Shown piece by piece: positions 57,101 through 64,000 of a stretch of DNA of 64,000 bases; the first letter of the stretch is position 1; every line of letters starts with the position of its first letter. The position numbers and the translations under genes are program-made. Below the pieces are notes generated by a model that did no database searches, had not been told where the DNA came from, and saw only the letters and a list, made by a program, of their open reading frames with translations. Origin of the DNA: Poseidonia sp. (GTDB lineage: Archaea; Thermoplasmatota; Poseidoniia; Poseidoniales; Poseidoniaceae); the NCBI GenBank assembly GCA_965661285.1, contig CBFIDD010000001.1:64001-128000 (forward strand). Reading direction: 5' to 3'.

Positions 57101-60100
57101 CAGCAAGCGATGTGGAGAAGTCCACATCGATGTTAGCGTTGCTCAGCGCGGATGAGCTCCAGCCGAGGAAACCGTAGCTGTACAGGTCGTAGGAGCCAGC
57201 ACCGTCAGCCCAAAGCACGTAGTTGGCGTTGAAGGGCAAGTTGTGTGCACCACCAAGACCGTTGTAGCCAACATCGGAACCACCGCTACCGGTGTTGAGA
57301 TAAATCAACACGTCCGAGTTGGTCAGGTCGGTGTTGGTCATGCCGAAGTAAATGCCGTCACCTTCGATGTAGGTCACAAGGAAGTCGTCGGTACCGTCGC
57401 CGCTCATCACACCGGGCATGGCATAGCCGGACGGGTTGAGTGCGTTGCCGCCGATCCAGTCCTCGTTCGAACCGTCAACCGTGATGGCCTCGGGCTGGAA
57501 GGAAGTGGAAACGTAAGCTGCACGCTCGTCGTCGGTGGAGGTCAAAAGCAGACCAACCTCGTTGGTTGGGTCCACACCCAAATGGGTGGAAACGATGCTC
57601 AACAGGTTCGCTTCATCGATGACAGCCGATGGAGCAACAACGAGTTTGCTGCTGTCCAGGGTGTTGCCAATCGAGGTGACGTGGGCGTTGTTGCCAGCGT
57701 TCACTTGCGTGGTGGCATCTGCCCAGGTCATGTTCTCAACACTTCCCTCAGCGTCAACGACCGACAGAGCGGTCGTCGCATCCACGACACCGCCATCCCA
57801 TCGGAACGGTGAGTTTTCGACGTACATACCGACGAGACCGGAAGCGTCCATTGGATAAACCCAGACGTCCGGGCTGTCCTCGACATGGAGACCGGTTCCC
57901 AATGTACCGCCGTCAACGTGTGCGTCGATGGCAATCACGGAGGTGGCCTCGGCATAGACACCGTAGGTCGTACCAGCAAGCGTGGCATCACCAATCATGT
58001 ACAGGTCGCCGTTTTCCTTGATGACACCGATGTCGTAACCGCTCACATCCGTACCGTTCAGCGTCAACACCGAATTGGTGTCGTCGCCGACGATACCGAC
58101 GGTCGAAGCCAGACTATCACCGGTCAAGGTCGAGCCAACATCTGAGAAATCACAGTCTTCAATGAGGATGGCATTGTCGCCCAAATTGATGGTGTTGGCC
58201 GCCGACTGGATAGCAATGCTGCTTTCACAGGATTCAGCGGTGATTCCAACAGCGTTGAAGGCCGTACGTCCTGCAGACACACCGATGGTGTTTCCACTGA
58301 CTTCCGGTCCAGCGTAATCGTTTGCCTTGAGCACACGAACCTCTGCACCACCATCACCGTAGGTATCGGTGAGGGTCAAGGTGTAGCTGCCAGCGTCCGT
58401 GTAGGTGGCGAGCGTGTACAACGTGTTTCGGCTAAAGCCACCGGCAGGCCAGCTGTCGGTGGTGCCGTTGGGCAGAGCGATTTCGAGTCCAGTTTCGTAG
58501 CCCCAGTAATCGGTTTCAAGCGTCACAAAGGCTTCTTCACCAGCGACGAGCGTCCACGTGCACGTGGTCGAACGGCGATAGTCATCATCGTCGATCGAAC
58601 AGAGCGTGTTTGAGGTGCTCGCTGGTGGCTCTTCCAGACCGGAGAGGAAAAGACCGCCGTCGGCGTTGGTCATCGTGTTGTCGGTGATATCACCGTGGCC
58701 ACCGTCGACGTAAATACCAGCATAGCGGGAGTCAGCGGCGCCGGTAATGTCGTTGCCGTCAATCACGAAGTCGTTGAGGTCGTTGATGCGAATCGCATCG
58801 GTCCCTGCGACAATCGTGTTGTCCTGGATGAGAACATCCTCTGTATTTCCAGACTCAATCTCGATGGCATGGTCGTGCGCCGAGAAGGTGTTGCCGGAAA
58901 TGTTGGCATGCTGAACTTCGTTTTGGAAGTACAGCCAAATGTCCGCAAGTTCACCGCCGTTCACGAACGTGTTGTCCGTGATCGTCATGTTGTCTGCACC
59001 GATTTCATGCGCCTGATGGCCGTAGTAGTACGGAGAGCGCTGCGCCATGATACCGACGCCACAGTCATCAAAGGTGTTGCCGGAGATGATGTTTCCGTCG
59101 CCGCCTTGGATGTTAAGACAGATGTCCTTGTTGTTGATGGCAACTTGTGTTCCGCCAACCACCGGCTCGAGCCCTTCAAAGTGGGTGAAGGTGCTGTCGA
59201 CAATACGAAGGAAGTCAAAGGCGTAGGCGTAGTTGCTCCAGAAACTTCGATAGCCCATTCCGGCCGTGATACCGGCTGTTCCGGTGATGGTGGTGTTCTC
59301 AATGTCCATGCTCATCGGTCGGTATACATAGCCCATGTTGAAACCTTGAGCTGCTCCGTTATCAGATGCAACAGCAACAATCTCAGCATCGTGAACGTAG
59401 AGTTCCACATCGCCAGAGAGCGGGTACACGCGGTTGTGTTCAAGAACATTGTACGAACCGGTTGAGATGATGGTTGACCCGTTCCAGCTCGTTGTGCCTG
59501 CAGCGACGTACATGGTTGGTACGTCCATCATCACAACTTCGTTCACCAAATCCGTTCCGTCTGCAGCGGCGTAGTAGCCGTACTCAACCAAACCGTTGGC
59601 GTACGTTCGACTCGAACGGGTGTTGAGGTAGCCGGCACAGTAGTCCTGAACCGTGTACGAGGTTGAACTGAACGAGTAGCAGATACGTGCGGTGTACTGG
59701 TCTTCAAGATAGACCGTGTCGCTGTTTCCGGGCTCGTCCGTGAGGGAGACGCCTTCGAAGACATAACGGAAGTCTGCGTTGTTGATCGTGCTGCTGGTCC
59801 AGTAGTAATCAATGGTGGCCGAAGCGACCACCTCGTAGCCGTTGAGGTTGGCATTACAGATGTTCATACAGGAGATGTTATCGATGGTCTGCGTGGTGTA
59901 CAAGATGTCTTCTGCAACACCGTTGGAATCGGTTTCGGAAGTACCTGAGATCTTGCCGTTCTCGTCTTTGAGAATGACGGTGGTGTCCTCCACGTCCTCA
60001 GCCGTACCGGAGACGTTCGCCTGAAGCGTGACATCTAGTTGTCGCATTCGCACGAACTCTCCGGTTCCAGTGACGTCCACGGTCGTGGTGTCAACGGTCC

Positions 60101-63100
60101 CTTCAATGAAGTCCATGGTTGACGACCCTTGGATCACGACATCCTGAGTGTTGGACATGTCAACATCCGTGAGCGTGAATTCACCGCTTCCCTCCAACAA
60201 CATACCCATGGCGTTGTTTTCGATGGTGATGGTGTTGAGATCCACGTTCTGAGCTGTTCGAGTACCGTACTTGAACGCAGCACCCAGTGAACCCGTGACT
60301 TCTCCCGAAAGGGTGCCACGGATGTCGTTTTGGTAGAAGACACCAGCCACGGCTTGGTCTTCCAAATCGAGGTTCTCAAGGTCCAGCGTTCCCGAACCGG
60401 TGTTCGACACAAGAACACCGTAGTTGCCGTTCGAGACGTTCACTCGGTTGGTGGTCGCAGCGGTTTGGCCAACGACCTCAAGACCGGATTGGACGGGTGA
60501 GATCACATCGATGTCTTCGAAGTGTCCGGCAGCAAAGGCGCCGCCAATCTCAATTCCGGTGGTCGCTCCGGTAATGGTGCCCTCTGTGAAGAGTGGAGTA
60601 CCGGACTCACGGGCGTAGTTGCCGAGATCACTTGGATCGTTTCCGGACCGAGCGACAAAGTCGTATCGGTCTTGGAAGTTGTCAGCACCCTTGTGAAGCA
60701 CATCAATCCAAATGTAAACCTTCGAGACGTTGCCGCCATTGGCAACGGCGTTGGAAATATCGACAACGGGGAAGGTCATTCGGGCACCCTGACCGCTGGA
60801 GACTGCATACTTGTACACGTAGTCTTCACAGACACCGTAGTTGTTGTAGTAGCCGCCTGTGGCGTAGCTCGGTGGATTTCCGACATTGCCTGGCTGACCG
60901 GGTCCAGTTGTTGGTTGTCCGTTGGGCCCTTCCGGTGGTGCATAGACGCCACCGTAGTAGAAGGATGGCGAATAGCCAGCCCAGTACTTGTACGGGTACC
61001 GAGATGCGGACGAGCCGGTTGGACTGACCTCTGTTGCTTCCCAATCGAAACCGAATTCGTCGGGTGCAACGGATGAACTGCCGGACTTACCGAGCCAGTA
61101 TCGGTACATAGCGAAGAAATAGCCGTCGCTGTACTGGTAGTTAGGACCGAAGTTGTATCCATAATAATTGCAGTGCCACGAGGGGGCACCACCCGTACCA
61201 CCGTTGTAGGCGTGGGTTCCAGCGACGACCGCTGGGTCGTTGCTGCCGTAGGGGTAGTATCCCTCTTGTCCACTGTCCGTGATGTTCCAGGCGTTGCCTG
61301 CGTCGTCTTCGAACATGATGTTGTAGCGGTCGGAAATGAAGTAGTCCGAGCTGTAGCTGGAGGTGAACCTTGGGTGTGCGCTACCACCGGCGTAGATGGA
61401 GTTGGCACCGACTTGGAGGTAGTTGCCCGTTCCCAAGTACGTGGAAATGTCCATCTTGTAGGTGGTCCAACCGGTCGATTGTCCCGAAAGCGTTGTGCTT
61501 CGGTAGATGGTTGGCAGTGACATACCGCCGTAGGTGTCAATACCCACGGTGTTTCCGTTTGAGGTGAATCCATCAACCTGAGGTGCGCCGTTGTAGCTTG
61601 CGATTCCAACAGCTGCGTTCTTCACGATGATGTTGGTCATAGCAGCAGCGGAATTTTCCACCCAGATCGCCGTTCCGGTTTGACCGGTGTTGATGATGCT
61701 GGACGACTCAATGTTTGCCGAACCACCTTGAATCTTCACGGTTGCCATCTCATCAGAAGATGCAGAAGAACCGAAGATGATGGCAGAGTTCATCATGTTC
61801 AACGTTGCGCCAGCTCCGACCAGAAGTCCAGAGTTGGTGGTCGTGTCCCATGCGAGGTCTCGCATGTTGGCGTTGTCGAGCGTGAGGGTTCCGCCGTTCT
61901 GCAAGTCAATGTTCATGCCGTAAGTTGAAGAGACCGCTCGGATGGCGGCGGGGTTACCCGTTGTACCGTCGTTGTTGGCAGTGATGAAACCGGTGTCCTT
62001 GATGGTGATGACCGGCGTGGTGGTCGCTGTGCTCAACACTCGGAACGAGCCGCCTTGAAGTTCAAATCCACAGGTGTCGAGCATCAAATCTGCTGCCACC
62101 GTAATGGATGTGTCGTCAAAGGTGAACGTTGAGGTTGCCACGTTGTAGTTTGCGGAAAGGTTGGTGTAAGCGGGGTCGTTGATCAACTTGTAACAGTCCA
62201 GCGTGGGGTCGTTGAAGACGATTGGAGCGGGCTCCAATGCCAAATCGAGATGGGTACCCCAGGTGTATCCGTTGGCAGGATACCACGAGCTCGCCAGCGT
62301 TGCGTCTGGGAAGTTGTCGGGGTAGGTCTCGTTTTGTCCAGCGGTACCAAAGGCACGCACAATGTGGTCTTCGTAGCCGGTTCCATCGCTGTCGTTGACG
62401 ACCACCCATACGCTGGTGTTGCCGTTGGCGTCGGTGATGTGACGGCCGATTTGGAACAGTTCGTTCATGCTGCTGTCAACGAGCGATGCGGAGACAGCGT
62501 GGTCGGCCTTGTAGACCTTGGCGTTGCCCTGTGCGTATCGGAATACCGACACATTCGCAAGTCCGCCAAAGTAAACCATGGACGGGTTGGAACTCGAGGA
62601 TGAAACATCATAGGAACAATCGCCCGTGTCGCCGTCGGCGTCCGAACAATCGTTTCCGTTGAGATCAACATCAATGAGGACCACGTTGGAGCCCGAACGA
62701 GCCTTGGCGACTTCTGTTGTTCCGGTGCTGATGGCAGTGCTTGTGATGGACGATTCACCGACAGTGATGTGCGAGTTGCGACCGTCGATAACGTGGTCTG
62801 AACTGGATCCGTGGGTGATGTCGGAATAAGCAATGGTGATCTTGTTCTTGGCCGATGAGCTGGAACATGAGCTCTTGAACGATTCAATCGTAGAATCCGT
62901 CATCTCAGCAGTCCAACCGCAGCCGGTCAACGTGAATCCATCAATATCAAAGTCCACGAGATCGAGGATTTCCGTGTTGATGGACGAACCACTCATCGAT
63001 ACGTCTTCAGCGGTGATGTCCGTGAAGGTACCAGGATGGATACGCTGCATCGTGATGTCGCCCGCGGTGATGGTGTCAAACACGGCACTGGAACTCGAAG

Positions 63101-64000
63101 GTCCGTTGCCTGTCTGCGACAATCCACCAGGTATGAGCGATAGGTCGGCGCTTCCGAGGTCCACATCCGTCATGCTGATGCTGCCCATGGCGTTGATGCC
63201 AGAGCTAGCGTAGCTGTCAACGTCAACATTGTTGAGCACAACGTTGGAGTTGGAGCCAGCCATTGCGTCGATGGCCACACCGGTCTGAGCCGATGGGTTG
63301 GTGACCGAGACGTTGGATACGGTGACATCCTTGAGGTCAACGTCGATGAAGTTCACGTAAGAGTTCTCGACCGTTAAGTTCTCTGCGTGCAGAGCACCTG
63401 CGGTGGAACCGGGGTAGTTCACAATGGTACCGCCACCTGACGTACCGTCGGTGTTACAATTCTTGATCGTCCCTTCCTTGAGCGTCGCAATGGCGTTCTC
63501 GGGGAAGTTGAAACAAGCCTCGTCAACACCGTCGATGGAGAAGTCTTCCATGGTGAGGACCGTGCCTTGGCCGCTGCCGTGCGTGAATACTGCACCGACA
63601 TTGGTGAAGGTGACGTCACTCATCGTGTAGTTTCCGGTGTTACAGTCAGCCGTAGCACTTCCACACGAAGGACCGGTGTTGTCGTGTCGGCTACCTGAGC
63701 GGAACACGGCATCGCTGGTGTTGAGGAAATTCACGTGGCTGAACTGGTGTCGGTCGTTGGTACCGCCGGCGGTCGTACAGTCGTCAGTGAAGGCCATGCC
63801 GACCCACTCAGCACCGTTCAAGCCGGTGATGTTGATGGGGTGGGTGGCGTTTGCAAGCGCTGTCATCTTGGTGCATGCACCGTCGAATGAAATTCCCTTG
63901 CCCGCAGCAACGTAGATCTCAACACCGGGTTTAATGGTCAGATCCGAAGAGACCACGAGGTAATCGTTGGTCGGGTTGATTCGGATTGGGCTATCGGTCA
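54108..64000 (-). CDS. Giant (>3,290 aa, 5'-truncated) surface protein: parallel beta-helix repeats, DOMON/CBM9-like and cadherin-like domains, a PGF-CTERM-like helix, and a C-terminal archaeal type IV pilin domain
   Basis: The frame stays open to the window edge (…TDSPIRINPTNDYLVVSSD). It has I.GNTF/I.DNT beta-helix repeats, DED…NDAP motifs, VPSF-TM-RR and AVSPVIATILMVAITVVL. Confidence 0.88.
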   Translation of the reverse strand, partial: TDSPIRINPTNDYLVVSSDLTIKPGVEIYVAAGKGISFDGACTKMTALANATHPINITGLNGAEWVGMAFTDDCTTAGGTNDRHQFSHVNFLNTSDAVFRSGSRHDNTGPSCGSATADCNTGNYTMSDVTFTNVGAVFTHGSGQGTVLTMEDFSIDGVDEACFNFPENAIATLKEGTIKNCNTDGTSGGGTIVNYPGSTAGALHAENLTVENSYVNFIDVDLKDVTVSNVSVTNPSAQTGVAIDAMAGSNSNVVLNNVDVDSYASSGINAMGSISMTDVDLGSADLSLIPGGLSQTGNGPSSSSAVFDTITAGDITMQRIHPGTFTDITAEDVSMSGSSINTEILDLVDFDIDGFTLTGCGWTAEMTDSTIESFKSSCSSSSAKNKITIAYSDITHGSSSDHVIDGRNSHITVGESSITSTAISTGTTEVAKARSGSNVVLIDVDLNGNDCSDADGDTGDCSYDVSSSSSNPSMVYFGGLANVSVFRYAQGNAKVYKADHAVSASLVDSSMNELFQIGRHITDANGNTSVWVVVNDSDGTGYEDHIVRAFGTAGQNETYPDNFPDATLASSWYPANGYTWGTHLDLALEPAPIVFNDPTLDCYKLINDPAYTNLSANYNVATSTFTFDDTSITVAADLMLDTCGFELQGGSFRVLSTATTTPVITIKDTGFITANNDGTTGNPAAIRAVSSTYGMNIDLQNGGTLTLDNANMRDLAWDTTTNSGLLVGAGATLNMMNSAIIFGSSASSDEMATVKIQGGSANIESSSIINTGQTGTAIWVENSAAAMTNIIVKNAAVGIASYNGAPQVDGFTSNGNTVGIDTYGGMSLPTIYRSTTLSGQSTGWTTYKMDISTYLGTGNYLQVGANSIYAGGSAHPRFTSSYSSDYFISDRYNIMFEDDAGNAWNITDSGQEGYYPYGSNDPAVVAGTHAYNGGTGGAPSWHCNYYGYNFGPNYQYSDGYFFAMYRYWLGKSGSSSVAPDEFGFDWEATEVSPTGSSASRYPYKYWAGYSPSFYYGGVYAPPEGPNGQPTTGPGQPGNVGNPPSYATGGYYNNYGVCEDYVYKYAVSSGQGARMTFPVVDISNAVANGGNVSKVYIWIDVLHKGADNFQDRYDFVARSGNDPSDLGNYARESGTPLFTEGTITGATTGIEIGGAFAAGHFEDIDVISPVQSGLEVVGQTAATTNRVNVSNGNYGVLVSNTGSGTLDLENLDLEDQAVAGVFYQNDIRGTLSGEVTGSLGAAFKYGTRTAQNVDLNTITIENNAMGMLLEGSGEFTLTDVDMSNTQDVVIQGSSTMDFIEGTVDTTTVDVTGTGEFVRMRQLDVTLQANVSGTAEDVEDTTVILKDENGKISGTSETDSNGVAEDILYTTQTIDNISCMNICNANLNGYEVVASATIDYYWTSSTINNADFRYVFEGVSLTDEPGNSDTVYLEDQYTARICYSFSSTSYTVQDYCAGYLNTRSSRTYANGLVEYGYYAAADGTDLVNEVVMMDVPTMYVAAGTTSWNGSTIISTGSYNVLEHNRVYPLSGDVELYVHDAEIVAVASDNGAAQGFNMGYVYRPMSMDIENTTITGTAGITAGMGYRSFWSNYAYAFDFLRIVDSTFTHFEGLEPVVGGTQVAINNKDICLNIQGGDGNIISGNTFDDCGVGIMAQRSPYYYGHQAHEIGADNMTITDNTFVNGGELADIWLYFQNEVQHANISGNTFSAHDHAIEIESGNTEDVLIQDNTIVAGTDAIRINDLNDFVIDGNDITGAADSRYAGIYVDGGHGDITDNTMTNADGGLFLSGLEEPPASTSNTLCSIDDDDYRRSTTCTWTLVAGEEAFVTLETDYWGYETGLEIALPNGTTDSWPAGGFSRNTLYTLATYTDAGSYTLTLTDTYGDGGAEVRVLKANDYAGPEVSGNTIGVSAGRTAFNAVGITAESCESSIAIQSAANTINLGDNAILIEDCDFSDVGSTLTGDSLASTVGIVGDDTNSVLTLNGTDVSGYDIGVIKENGDLYMIGDATLAGTTYGVYAEATSVIAIDAHVDGGTLGTGLHVEDSPDVWVYPMDASGLVGMYVENSPFRWDGGVVDATTALSVVDAEGSVENMTWADATTQVNAGNNAHVTSIGNTLDSSKLVVAPSAVIDEANLLSIVSTHLGVDPTNEVGLLLTSTDDERAAYVSTSFQPEAITVDGSNEDWIGGNALNPSGYAMPGVMSGDGTDDFLVTYIEGDGIYFGMTNTDLTNSDVLIYLNTGSGGSDVGYNGLGGAHNLPFNANYVLWADGAGSYDLYSYGFLGWSSSALSNANIDVDFSTSLAEFGVPWSRIGGMPDEIDIVAVVQAETTADISVAHPTQTLDSSATLQNLSKFMTVELTHDDLLDGTLTSEVLVYQSFKGSTTATGQKNYDLMLKTPATCAYDWATVEDISMATNVVFDNTYVTGTGDTTNVQSTIDIKRACPVIDTDGADTSDGLVDFSRDEDSGAFTFSLTNLADDVQDQESDLTWTMAEGTQVAFNNDDLLHSALNDQDVTITPHVDQFGTQVFSFVVTDSNGLSDTHNITFTVNNINDAPVICATNPTLGASCMPEISVDTRVDENGDDEDIFNILPEGFGTHTKFLGDVSNASRSYIWDMANEQSPTRQSYVWTASAVDTGDASATTCSAFEVDIVNNELVITENTANELGGKCTITLGLSDDGAENQDATPLDVVFSVAPVNDAPVIKDWNRTAGDVIEADNGSIPALPWSISLMEDDENVANLTYDLSAIKTDVDHEMDDLTWTVESTDQCVYTNYFTTTIVGDDLVFDLIEDATTNANDWEIDYLNNNGIHQIGPSGSEYCQIRLVLRDTPTAPTTQGEYDTYVPNYDQSVMAIADYQQGVATKEIGVRVENVREQVPDYFFDDEAGFSFNGVTNVMTGTYVPVTVAVNGGGDEGPYRYDHMLAITYHTDGHDDVELTRYYAVPDYGASVKYTEDVYITKDTTHVWVEMDVVTCLANPCDMSVTAADRFQADEPSSHYAIINNVQSDDPWSKPGQYGKNATKTSERRPLLEDSNWCNNIMTSLATADVCNHANQPASNFLATDQFLPDVVETIGASAVPSFAPSIVAVALTGLFVSALSFASRRADDEEEVETMAEDDAAVSPVIATILMVAITVVLSGVIYVWASSLAETDVKGVPRVTFDIEDINGFDADEGHWRITVEQSQTPLATQAVEVKVFYTNATGALNTYSVNLADSAGVYGFNPANSDAFVTFVDSVTKEQISETETRSVSTFNSGDTIFVRTHAPDGTPLEDVTITLSYAPINGDGALLRTWDDLSYDKKA

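Overview
About 64 kb of GC-rich archaeal chromosome. PolD small subunit, RFC-S, GatD, pelota, TrmI and a BHB-intron tRNA-Met mark it as euryarchaeal. The giant acidic surface proteins and bacterial-like catabolic genes most resemble Marine Group II (Ca. Poseidoniales); that assignment is inference. No integrase, transposase or CRISPR array is visible. Main points: (1) A 5'-truncated, >3,290-aa beta-helix/cadherin-like surface protein (54108->64000, minus) ends in a PGF-CTERM-like sorting helix, a short acidic loop and a complete archaeal type IV pilin, all in one frame. It is a candidate adhesin-pilin polyprotein. (2) A cluster of about 12 kb (7.6-20.1 kb) encodes a 2-aminophenol 1,6-dioxygenase pair whose alpha subunit is fused to a RidA-type deaminase. 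It also encodes a 2-aminomuconate-semialdehyde-type dehydrogenase, an SDR, an atypical luciferase-like enzyme, an atypical asparaginase II and an HGGxW hydrolase. It is a candidate aromatic-amine catabolic pathway in an archaeon. (3) Several large membrane-anchored proteins have distinctive cytoplasmic tails. (4) Several enzymes have altered catalytic motifs. All calls come from motif recognition by eye; no database searches were run.
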